A DNA stretch of 64,000 nt. It comes from an uncultured Bacteroidales bacterium (GTDB lineage: Bacteria > Bacteroidota > Bacteroidia > Bacteroidales > FEN-979). The stretch is taken from positions 1,176 to 65,175 of the forward strand of contig CAIWMX010000009.1 in NCBI GenBank assembly GCA_903913885.1. The letters run 5' to 3'. This document shows positions 37,733-46,069 of the stretch, one piece after another. Under the pieces are notes generated by a model. That model did not search any database. It worked only from the letters and a program-made list of their open reading frames with translations, and was not told where the DNA came from. The position numbers and the translations under genes are program-made. Position 1 is the first letter of the stretch. The number at the start of each line of letters is the position of its first letter.

Positions 37733-40213
37733 TTAGAAAGAAAAGAATAGCGAAACGAATAATCCGAATTTGGCGACATTCGGGTTGCCGGCGTCATGCA
37801 GGTGGCTCATCCGCCAGATAGCATCAACGCGGATGATTTTAAAGATGTTTTCGATCCCGGCGCCTGCCTCCCAGTATGGCTGACCAGCAAATGACCTGAG
37901 GTTCCCGGGGAAGAGTGAATATTGCCGGTTTTGCTCGGTAAGGGTTCCGTAAACGCACCGCACCTGGCCCACCTCCCGCCATTTCAGCTTTCTGAACAAA
38001 GGGATTTTGTTGAACAGTAATCCGCCGAAATGGTGTGTATAGGAAGCACTTATCCAGGTATCGCTGACAAACTCATAGTAATTCATCAGATTTGACGAGT
38101 GATCGTCGTAGAAAAAACTCTGGTTGCCATCGTGGATGTTTAAAAGCGGGTAGGGAAGCGTGCCCCAAATTTTTCCAGCATGAATAAGATATTTCGACCA
38201 TCCGATGGTTGCAAAATTGAACCATTCGGAGATATTCAGTTCAAGTTTATGATATTCATAATCACTTTTGAAAACTTTCGGAATACCGTAGGAATAGCTC
38301 AGCTGCACGATGGGGTAAACCGAACTGATGGTGACCCTTGTAAACTCTCCGTTCACGAACCGTTCGCGAAAGGCAAGCCTGACATCGAACTGTACTTCCG
38401 AAGTAAACAGGGAGTTCATATACAACGGGTTTGAACGATTACCCGGGAAGACAATAAACTCCGTCGCTCCCAGCGGGAAGAGTTCCCGGTGGATGAAATG
38501 GATGCGGTTGATTAACCCGGTATACCATTCGTGTTCATACTCCAGGCGATAATCGCGCGCCCAGGTGAGTTTGTTGTTCGGGCCGCGGTAAAATACCGAT
38601 GAGAGCAGGTTGTCGCTTGAAAGGGCGGTGGGGCTTGATCCGAGTTGTTCAACATCGTATTTATAGCTTGCAGCAAAGTCGCGCCGCGGATTTTTGCTAA
38701 ACATGTAAATGACATCACCCCCATATTTGAATTTCCGGTCGAGCGTTCCATAGGCCAGGAAGGCCTCAAATCGAATCTTTTTACTGAACGAACTGGCTGT
38801 TCGCATACCATAGCGAAAACGGGCACCCTCAATGGCGTTATAACTGAAAAAATTGAAGTAAGGGCCCAGTTGGAATTTACCCCAGCGCAGATATCCTGCA
38901 AAAACGCCGTAAATAATGTCGGTATAAGTTTTAAAAATGGGTATCGATTTTACCGAATCGATCATAACATAAATACCCTTCTCCTTTTCACTTAACTTCT
39001 CAGGCCGCTTGTTTTCCCAGAACTCAGCAGGTTTGTCTGTGGCGTCGGGATCGATGAATACATCGGCTGGCGACCGGAAAAATCTTTTATTTTCAGGGAT
39101 ATCGAACTGGAACTTACGATAGATCGTCGTGCGCTGTCCATAAAAACCAAGTGTGTTTTTTGAATTATCCAGGATGTTGAAGTCGGTGTTCAGTTTATCG
39201 AGTGTGATCATCCAGAACTGGTTCCCGGTCCATTCGAACTGCTGTTCCACCTCAAGATCGTTGATGAAATTTACGTTGGCATCTTCCGCTATGCGCATTT
39301 TGAAGTGTGTAACCGCGAACGAGGTGTCATTGATCACAAGGTTTCCGGTGAAGGTAAGCTCCTGTTTGCGGCGTGGTTTGAACATAATATGGTAGCACCA
39401 CCTGTTGCCGATGAATGCACTGTCGACGAGGTAAAATTTGTAATATTGGATGGCAAAATCAGCCACCGGGCTGACAAAATTTTTCTCAAAGAGGGGGATG
39501 AAGTTCCTATAGATATCTACCTGCTCCGACAAATTCCCGAGAAATTGCGAAACGCTGGAATTTTTGAAACCCGACATGGACGATGCCGTGATGATCTCTT
39601 TTCTCGAGCGGGGTGATTTCCGGAAATAGATATCCGACATGGTTTCAGTGATAAAAACCGGCAGGTACGACTTGCCGTTCAGCGTCGAAGTATCCATATA
39701 ATTCCAGATGAAGTCGAAATTTTTGAAAACCTTCCGGTTTTTAAACCGTTCGCTGATGTTGTTGGCATCCAGTTCGATTTTGGTATAGGCTTCATACTGG
39801 TATGCATTGAACGATTGCAGGGAATTCTTCTCCTTGTTCTGGAAAACTTTTTTCATCAGCACCTCTGCAGGGTTGCCCTGATAGGTGATTGTTACTTCCG
39901 GGAGGTTGAGATTTTGAGGGACAAGTTCAAAATCGATGGTCTGAAACTGGTTGTGCTGGATTTTCCTGGCGCTCCGGTTGTACCCGATGAGGAAAGCGCA
40001 GATGGAATCGGTTTTTTGTCTGAATTCAAGCGAATAGTTCCCGTTAAAATCGGTCAGAGTGCCAATGGTAGTAGCGGGAATCACTACGTTCACAAACGGA
40101 ATCGCCTCTTTTGAACTGCCGTCGCGTACCGTGCCCATGATCTTCGTAACCTGGGCAAAACCCAATGCAGGAATGAGAAGGATGAAAACCAAAAAAACGA
40201 AAGTTACACGCAT
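37733..40213 (-). CDS. DUF5686 / carboxypeptidase-regulatory-like domain outer-membrane protein
   Basis: Start at ATG 40211-40213 gives MRVTFVFLVFILLIPALGFAQ; the track uses TTG at 40231. CarboxypepD_reg block GTVRDGSSKEAIPFVNVVI..T..GT.TD.NG.Y.L is followed by a ~700-aa beta-rich region ending in a C-terminal Phe. Confidence 0.8.
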   Translation of the reverse strand: MRVTFVFLVFILLIPALGFAQVTKIMGTVRDGSSKEAIPFVNVVIPATTIGTLTDFNGNYSLEFRQKTDSICAFLIGYNRSARKIQHNQFQTIDFELVPQNLNLPEVTITYQGNPAEVLMKKVFQNKEKNSLQSFNAYQYEAYTKIELDANNISERFKNRKVFKNFDFIWNYMDTSTLNGKSYLPVFITETMSDIYFRKSPRSRKEIITASSMSGFKNSSVSQFLGNLSEQVDIYRNFIPLFEKNFVSPVADFAIQYYKFYLVDSAFIGNRWCYHIMFKPRRKQELTFTGNLVINDTSFAVTHFKMRIAEDANVNFINDLEVEQQFEWTGNQFWMITLDKLNTDFNILDNSKNTLGFYGQRTTIYRKFQFDIPENKRFFRSPADVFIDPDATDKPAEFWENKRPEKLSEKEKGIYVMIDSVKSIPIFKTYTDIIYGVFAGYLRWGKFQLGPYFNFFSYNAIEGARFRYGMRTASSFSKKIRFEAFLAYGTLDRKFKYGGDVIYMFSKNPRRDFAASYKYDVEQLGSSPTALSSDNLLSSVFYRGPNNKLTWARDYRLEYEHEWYTGLINRIHFIHRELFPLGATEFIVFPGNRSNPLYMNSLFTSEVQFDVRLAFRERFVNGEFTRVTISSVYPIVQLSYSYGIPKVFKSDYEYHKLELNISEWFNFATIGWSKYLIHAGKIWGTLPYPLLNIHDGNQSFFYDDHSSNLMNYYEFVSDTWISASYTHHFGGLLFNKIPLFRKLKWREVGQVRCVYGTLTEQNRQYSLFPGNLRSFAGQPYWEAGAGIENIFKIIRVDAIWRMSHLHDAGNPNVAKFGLFVSLFFSF

Positions 40214-40249
40214 CAAGAGTTTGTTTGGCAAATGCAGGCGAAAAAAGAA

Positions 40250-40277
40250 TTACGATTTACGATTTACGATTGACGAT
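40250..40277. repeat. Tandem heptamer array (TTACGAT)x4, left arm of an inverted pair
   Basis: ttacgat x3 + tgacgat, read directly. Preceded by an A6 run (40241-46). Lies 36 nt upstream of the DUF5686 gene ATG. Confidence 0.97.
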
Positions 40278-40342
40278 TTTAGTAAGACTAAACGGGTTCC
40301 GGAACGAAAGTTTGCTCACGGGTTTAACATCAACATACGCAG

Positions 40343-40391
40343 TTCGTCAATCATCAATCGTAAATCGTAAATCGTAAATCGTAAATCGTAA
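40343..40391. repeat. Tandem heptamer array (ATCGTAA)x5 plus 2 degenerate units, right arm (reverse complement of the left arm)
   Basis: ttcgtca, atcatca, then atcgtaa x5 perfect (40357-40391). It ends 3 nt from the kpsF stop codon (40395-97). It can pair with 40250-40277 over 28 bp with 1 mismatch. Confidence 0.97.
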
Positions 40392-40394
40392 ATC

Positions 40395-41351
40395 CTAAAG
40401 GATTCCTTCTCTGAGTATATCATGCAGATGAATGACTCCTTTATATAAGTTTTTTTCAACGACCAGCAGTTGTGTGATATTGTTCTGACGCATCAGGTTG
40501 AGTGCATTTACGAGGAGGGTATCGGGAGTGATGGTCCGTGGTTTTTTGGTCATGATGTCGGCTGCGGTGAGTTTGCTGATGTCGGAGTTGTTCTCAAGCA
40601 TCCGGCGAAGGTCGCCATCCGTTATGACGCCAAGCAGTTTATCTTCTTTAATAACGGCGGTGGCACCCAAACGTTTGGAGGAAATTTCGTAGATGACCTT
40701 TTTAATATCATCGTCGAAGCTGACCCTGGGCGCCTGGTTGTTCGAATAAATATCGCTGACCTTAAGATAAAGTTGTTTCCCGATAGCACCCCCGGGATGA
40801 AGCCGGGCGAAATCGCTGGAGGTAAAGCCCCGGGCTTCAAGCAGACAAACAGCCAGTGCGTCGCCCATCACGAGTTGGGCGGTGGTGCTGGAAGTCGGGG
40901 CAAGGTTGTTCGGGCATGCCTCTTTTGAAACCGTGGTGTCGATCACCAGGTCGGCCTGTTTGGCGAGGTACGACTCCTTATTTCCTACGATGGCTATGAG
41001 GGAACTGCCGTATTCTTTCAGCAAGGGGATCAGGATCTTGATCTCGGGAGTTTCACCGCTTTTTGAAAGGCACAGCACGATATCGTCTTTCTGTATGGTG
41101 CCAAGATCCCCGTGAATGGCATCCGCAGCATGCAGGAATGTTGCCGGGGTGCCTGTTGAGTTAAACGTTGCAACTATTTTTTGCCCGATAATGGCACTTT
41201 TCCCGATTCCTGTCACAATTACCCTTCCTTTTGCATGAAGGATAAGGTCAACACAAGTTAAAAAATCGGAATCAACAAAATTTACTAAATTTGCTATGGC
41301 AGTCGCTTCCTCTCTGATTGTGTTGATTGCGATCGTTTTTAAGGATTTCAT
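40395..41351 (-). CDS. kpsF: Arabinose-5-phosphate isomerase (KpsF/GutQ family: SIS + 2 CBS)
   Basis: SIS block GRVIVTGIGKSAIIGQKIVATFNSTGTPA.FLHAADA.HGDLG and tandem C-terminal CBS domains. The first ATG is at 41349-41351; the track uses TTG at 41360. Confidence 0.88.
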   Translation of the reverse strand: MKSLKTIAINTIREEATAIANLVNFVDSDFLTCVDLILHAKGRVIVTGIGKSAIIGQKIVATFNSTGTPATFLHAADAIHGDLGTIQKDDIVLCLSKSGETPEIKILIPLLKEYGSSLIAIVGNKESYLAKQADLVIDTTVSKEACPNNLAPTSSTTAQLVMGDALAVCLLEARGFTSSDFARLHPGGAIGKQLYLKVSDIYSNNQAPRVSFDDDIKKVIYEISSKRLGATAVIKEDKLLGVITDGDLRRMLENNSDISKLTAADIMTKKPRTITPDTLLVNALNLMRQNNITQLLVVEKNLYKGVIHLHDILREGIL

Positions 41352-41407
41352 TTTTTTCAATGCACAATTTTTTTTTTAAATATTTGTTTATTCCACACGT
41401 TTATACT

Positions 41408-41415
41408 TACATTTG
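41408..41415 (+). promoter_or_regulatory. Bacteroidota -7 promoter box (TAnnTTTG)
   Basis: TACATTTG lies 74 nt upstream of the recQ ATG. Confidence 0.4.
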
Positions 41416-41488
41416 TATATAGGCACAGTGAAAGTATATCAATCAACTTGCCCTGAACAAAAGTACTAAAATAAATCAACGTTAAAAA

Positions 41489-43690
41489 ATGGCGGCCAAC
41501 AAGGACGAGCACCAGCTATTTGAAGTATTGAAGAAAGTGTTTGGTTATGATAGTTTTAAAGGTAACCAGGAGGCCATCATACGGAGTGTGCTGGCCAACA
41601 ACGATACCTTTGTAATCATGCCCACAGGTGGAGGAAAATCGCTGTGTTATCAGCTGCCTGCCCTTATGAAACCGGGAACAGCCATCATCGTTTCACCGCT
41701 TATTGCCTTGATGAAAAACCAGGTGGATTCCATCCGGAGTTTCGGAACGGAGAACAATGTGGCCCATTTCATGAATTCTTCACTCACCAAACAGGAAATT
41801 ACCCAGGTTAAACAGGATATCGTAGACGGGAAAACCAAGTTGCTCTATGTGGCTCCTGAAACCATCACGAAAGAGGAAAATATTGAGTTTCTGCAGAATA
41901 TCCAGATTTCCTTTTATGCCATCGATGAAGCGCATTGCATCTCGGAATGGGGCCATGATTTCAGGCCTGAATACCGGCGCCTGCGTCCAATCATTGATGC
42001 CATCGGGCAGAAAGTACCCGTTATCGCCCTTACGGCAACCGCAACGCCCAAGGTGCAGCAGGATATTCAGAAGAATCTCAACATGATGGATGCCTCGGTC
42101 TTCCTATCCTCGTTTAACCGGCCGAATTTATATTATGAAGTTCGGGCAAAGACTAAAAATGTAACCAAGGATATTATAAAGTTTATCAAGGGGCATGCCG
42201 GTAAGTCGGGCATCGTCTATTGCCTGAGCCGTAAAAAAGTGGAGGAAATGGCCGAGAGTTTCGTCGTAAACGGGATCAAGGCGTTGCCTTACCATGCGGG
42301 GCTCGATGCATCGACCCGCCGTCAGAACCAGGATAAATTCCTGATGGAAGAGGTGGATGTGATTGTTGCGACCATTGCTTTTGGGATGGGCATCGATAAA
42401 CCCGATGTACGGTTTGTAATTCACTACGACATGCCCAAAAGCCTCGAGGGATACTATCAGGAGACCGGCCGGAGCGGACGCGATGACGGTGAAGGCAATT
42501 GCATCGCTTTTTACAGTTATGATGATATCCAGAAACTTGAAAAATTCCTCAAGGGCAAAGCCGTTGCCGAACAGGAAATAGCCAAGCAACTGCTGATGGA
42601 GACCGTTTCATACAGTGAATCTTCGGTATGCCGTCGCAAACAGCTTTTACATTATTTCGGAGAGATATACACGGAAGATAATTGTCAGAACTGCGACAAC
42701 TGTATGCATCCAAAGAAAAAATTTGAAGGAAAACAATACGTCAAGCTGGTGCTGGAAACTGTAATAGCTGTGAAACAGCAATTCAAGAACAAGCACATCA
42801 TCAACATCATCCTCGGGAAAAGCGCGGCAACCATCAAATCCTACAAGCACAATAAACTCGATGTTTTTGGCAAGGGAGCCGAACGGGACGAAAAATTCTG
42901 GAATGCCGTCATCCGCCAAACGCTGATCGAACGGTTGCTCACCAAGGATATTGAAAACTATGGCTTGCTGAAGATCAGCCCTGAAGGCACCCAGTTTCTT
43001 AAGAGCCCGCATTCGGTCATGCTTGTTGATGATCATGACTTTGAAAATCCGGAAGAAGAGGAGCTTTTTGAAGCGCTCGGTGCGAAAAGCAGTACCGCTG
43101 ATAAAACATTATTTGCCCTGCTGAAAGACCTCAGAAAAGAGATTGCAAGGAAAGAGAAACTTCCTCCCTTTGTCATCTTCCAGGATCCGTCGCTTGAAGA
43201 TATGGCCATACAGTACCCGGTAACGGTGGACGAACTCCGCCAGATCACCGGCGTCGGATCAGGAAAAGCGCTCAAATACGGTAAACCGTTCCTTGACCTG
43301 ATTAAGGATTATGTGGAGGAAAACGAGATCATCCGCCCCATGGACATGGTGGTCAAGTCGGTGGTGAATAAATCGGGAATCAAAGTATTCATTATCCAGA
43401 GCATCGACCGCAAAGTTGCCCTCGAGGATATCGCCCTCGCCAAGAACCTCAGTTTTGACGAACTCCTCACCGAAATTGAAAGCATCGTGGGATCGGGTAC
43501 GAAAATCGATATTAACTATTACATCGACGAATTCGTGGATCCCTATCACCAGGAAGAGATCTTTGAGTACTTCCGGAAAGCTGAATCCGATTCAATAAAT
43601 GATGCTTTAAAAGAATTGGGTGAAGATGAATTCACGGAGGAAGAGATCAGGTTGATGCGAATTAAATTCATGTCTGAATTAGGAAATTAA
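41489..43690 (+). CDS. recQ: ATP-dependent DNA helicase RecQ
   Basis: 733 aa. FGYDSFKGNQEAII, MPTGGGKSLCYQLPA, DEAHCISEWGHDFRPEY, TATAT, zinc-binding CRRKQLLHYFGE...C.NCDNC, plus RQC and HRDC regions. Confidence 0.93.
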   Translation: MAANKDEHQLFEVLKKVFGYDSFKGNQEAIIRSVLANNDTFVIMPTGGGKSLCYQLPALMKPGTAIIVSPLIALMKNQVDSIRSFGTENNVAHFMNSSLTKQEITQVKQDIVDGKTKLLYVAPETITKEENIEFLQNIQISFYAIDEAHCISEWGHDFRPEYRRLRPIIDAIGQKVPVIALTATATPKVQQDIQKNLNMMDASVFLSSFNRPNLYYEVRAKTKNVTKDIIKFIKGHAGKSGIVYCLSRKKVEEMAESFVVNGIKALPYHAGLDASTRRQNQDKFLMEEVDVIVATIAFGMGIDKPDVRFVIHYDMPKSLEGYYQETGRSGRDDGEGNCIAFYSYDDIQKLEKFLKGKAVAEQEIAKQLLMETVSYSESSVCRRKQLLHYFGEIYTEDNCQNCDNCMHPKKKFEGKQYVKLVLETVIAVKQQFKNKHIINIILGKSAATIKSYKHNKLDVFGKGAERDEKFWNAVIRQTLIERLLTKDIENYGLLKISPEGTQFLKSPHSVMLVDDHDFENPEEEELFEALGAKSSTADKTLFALLKDLRKEIARKEKLPPFVIFQDPSLEDMAIQYPVTVDELRQITGVGSGKALKYGKPFLDLIKDYVEENEIIRPMDMVVKSVVNKSGIKVFIIQSIDRKVALEDIALAKNLSFDELLTEIESIVGSGTKIDINYYIDEFVDPYHQEEIFEYFRKAESDSINDALKELGEDEFTEEEIRLMRIKFMSELGN

Positions 43691-43700
43691 ACAACGAAAT

Positions 43701-44411
43701 ATGCAAGAAGAAAATTTTGAAAAGCCTCAGGTTCATGAGGATACGGAAATGCTTTACCAATCACCCGCACCCTTGACAAACTTACCCGTGTCGAAACCGC
43801 CTTTTTTTGTCTTTAACTTCAATACGCTGCTTGGCCTTGTTTTACTGGTTGGACTCATAGTTTTATACGTGCTGTTCCTTGGAAAAGGCAGGTCTAATGA
43901 AGTTCCCATTCCGCTTAACGTACAAAAGGCCTCCGGAAAAGCCACTTCCATCGTATACGTCAACCTCGACAGTTTGAATTCCCATTACGAATATGTCAAC
44001 GTTTTAAAGAGGGATCTGGAAACTACAGGCAAAAAACTACAGTCCGAGGTGATTGCAGAGCAGTCGGCGCTTGAAAAAGAGGGTGCCGAATTCCAGAAGC
44101 AGGTCGCGGCCAACGCGATCGCCGAAGACAAAGCCAAGGTCATTTATGAGCAGCTGATGAAGCGCAGCAGTGCACTTGACCAGAAGAAGCAGCATTACAG
44201 CCAGCAGGTGGCCGACCAGGAGATGGCGATGAACCTTCGCCTGATCGACAGTGTAACAACCTTCCTGCGACGGTTCAACAGCCATTACAGGTTTGATTAT
44301 ATCATGGGATACAAGACCGGTGGCGAAATCCTGATCGCAAACGACAGCCTTGATATCACAAGAATGGTGCTGGAAGCACTGAACACAGAAAAACAGCAGG
44401 GCAAAAAATGA
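43701..44411 (+). CDS. OmpH/Skp-family periplasmic chaperone (membrane-anchored)
   Basis: 236 aa. One TM helix followed by a long coiled-coil (LQSEVIAEQSALEKEGAEFQKQV...) typical of OmpH-like proteins. Confidence 0.7.
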   Translation: MQEENFEKPQVHEDTEMLYQSPAPLTNLPVSKPPFFVFNFNTLLGLVLLVGLIVLYVLFLGKGRSNEVPIPLNVQKASGKATSIVYVNLDSLNSHYEYVNVLKRDLETTGKKLQSEVIAEQSALEKEGAEFQKQVAANAIAEDKAKVIYEQLMKRSSALDQKKQHYSQQVADQEMAMNLRLIDSVTTFLRRFNSHYRFDYIMGYKTGGEILIANDSLDITRMVLEALNTEKQQGKK

Positions 44412-44788
44412 GCATTCCTTCACGGTTTTTGATGCTCCTGGCAATTTGCCTGTTCGTGACGTCGTGCGGTGAAAAGAAGGATCTGCCGTCGGAGGAAGCC
44501 CCGATCCCTTCCGATTCCGTTCTTTCTGCAGAGAAAATGGTACATCTCCTGGCTGATGTGCATATGGCTGAAGCAGCCCTGATGATGGAGCGCGACCAGG
44601 GCCAGGATTCAAAAGTGAAACAGGAAGCTTATTACCGCGGTATTTTTAAGAAGTACCACATCAGCCAGCGGCGCTTTGATGAGAACCTGCGATACTACCG
44701 GCAGAATCCCGCTGTGTTATCAAAGATTTACGACAAGGTTATCCAGGAACTGGAAGCGAGACAGAAATTTTTCCCGCCCGTCAAGTAG
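44408..44788 (+). CDS. DUF4296-domain lipoprotein
   Basis: Lipobox LFVTSCGEK. KMVHLLADVHMAEAAL...YYRGIFKKYHISQRRFDENLRYYRQNP is the DUF4296 signature. ATGA overlap with the upstream gene. Confidence 0.7.
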   Translation: MSIPSRFLMLLAICLFVTSCGEKKDLPSEEAPIPSDSVLSAEKMVHLLADVHMAEAALMMERDQGQDSKVKQEAYYRGIFKKYHISQRRFDENLRYYRQNPAVLSKIYDKVIQELEARQKFFPPVK

Positions 44789-45205
44789 CTATTTTTTTGT
44801 GTAGACGGCCACCGCATGGGTCAGGTTGGCGCCATCATCGATGGTGTATACCCAGGTGATTTTAGTCCCCGATAAAGTGCCGCCCCCGTTAAGTTTAAGG
44901 CCATCAATTACCTGGTTGGCGTCGAGGGTGATCTTGCTGCCCGATACGACAGCGCCTGCCCTGGGACCCGAAGGCATCGTATTTGCAAAGCCGGCAATCA
45001 GCACGCCATCATTTGAATTTGGATCCGCGAGGATGGTAACCTCATAGGTAAGTTTCGTATAGCTTTCGCTAACGCTCCAGCTTCCGATATAGGAATCCCG
45101 CCCAACCGGGGTATCGGGGGTGGTTGTCGAATCCTTGGTACAGCCTGCCAAAGCTGCGACCATTGCCACGAGGAACAGGTTAATGGCCAGGTGTATCTTT
45201 TTCAT
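44789..45205 (-). CDS. Hypothetical lipoprotein
   Basis: Start at ATG 45203-45205 gives MKKIHLAINLFLVAMVAALAGCTKD (lipobox). The mature part is a small beta-rich domain. Confidence 0.6.
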   Translation of the reverse strand: MKKIHLAINLFLVAMVAALAGCTKDSTTTPDTPVGRDSYIGSWSVSESYTKLTYEVTILADPNSNDGVLIAGFANTMPSGPRAGAVVSGSKITLDANQVIDGLKLNGGGTLSGTKITWVYTIDDGANLTHAVAVYTKK

Positions 45206-45215
45206 ATCACTTATA

Positions 45216-46055
45216 TTATTGAACATGTTCAACGATGCGGTCGGCCAGTCGGCTTGCACCAATACGAAACAGGTCGGGGGTAAGCCAGGCTTCACCAAGA
45301 ATGTCCCTGACCAGCCAATGGTAATTCAGCGCTTTTTCGGGGTCAGAGATCCCGCCGGCAGGTTTTATCCCGATTTTTTTACCCGTTTTACGATAGTGTT
45401 CCCCGATGACCCGGAGCATGACATAAACAGCTTCTTCTGTTGCAGCCGGTGAAATTTTACCGGTACTTGTTTTGATGAAATCAGCTCCGGCTTCGATGGC
45501 AATTTCGCTGGCCCTGGCAATATTCTCATACGAGGCAAGTTCCCCGGTTTCAAGGATCACCTTCAGCAGTTTCCCTTTTGTAAGATCGCGCATGGCATCC
45601 AGCTCGCGGTAAATCCTGTGGTACTCTTTCTCAAGAAAGGTGCCCCTGGAAATAACCACATCGATTTCGTCGGCGCCCTCATTCATGGCATACCTGATCT
45701 CTTCGAGTTTGACCTGCAAGGGCATCTGGCCATGTGGAAAGGCTGCCGCGGTAGTGGCAACTTTAATGGGCGTACCCTGAAGCGCATTTATTGCCGTGGA
45801 GATGAACGGTGGATAAATGCATACGGCGGCGGGGTAGGGCAGCCCTTTCTCGCCGAAGGAGATGGCTTTTTCACATAGCGCCTTAATTTTTTCATGGGTA
45901 TCAGACCCTTCCAGGGAAGTGAAATCCATAAAGGAAAATACCTGTTTAAGGGCGGGGATGCATTGCGCTGGTGAAGGCTTGCGACCGAGTATTTCCCGGA
46001 GGTCGTCGGCAAGATTGTCGAAGGTGATGCCGGAAATCAGTGAAAATGAGAACAT
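45216..46055 (-). CDS. deoC: Deoxyribose-phosphate aldolase
   Basis: 279 aa. IDVVISRG, LKVILETGEL and Schiff-base lysine block FIKTSTGK are typical of DeoC. Confidence 0.85.
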   Translation of the reverse strand: MFSFSLISGITFDNLADDLREILGRKPSPAQCIPALKQVFSFMDFTSLEGSDTHEKIKALCEKAISFGEKGLPYPAAVCIYPPFISTAINALQGTPIKVATTAAAFPHGQMPLQVKLEEIRYAMNEGADEIDVVISRGTFLEKEYHRIYRELDAMRDLTKGKLLKVILETGELASYENIARASEIAIEAGADFIKTSTGKISPAATEEAVYVMLRVIGEHYRKTGKKIGIKPAGGISDPEKALNYHWLVRDILGEAWLTPDLFRIGASRLADRIVEHVQ

Positions 46056-46069
46056 CAGTTTTTTAAGAA

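Noticed and set aside
40059-40370. 103-aa plus-strand ORF spanning both heptamer arrays.
   Set aside because: It is made of the antisense of the DUF5686 gene 5' end plus translated repeats (DLRFTIDDF, SSIINRKS). It is not a plausible protein.
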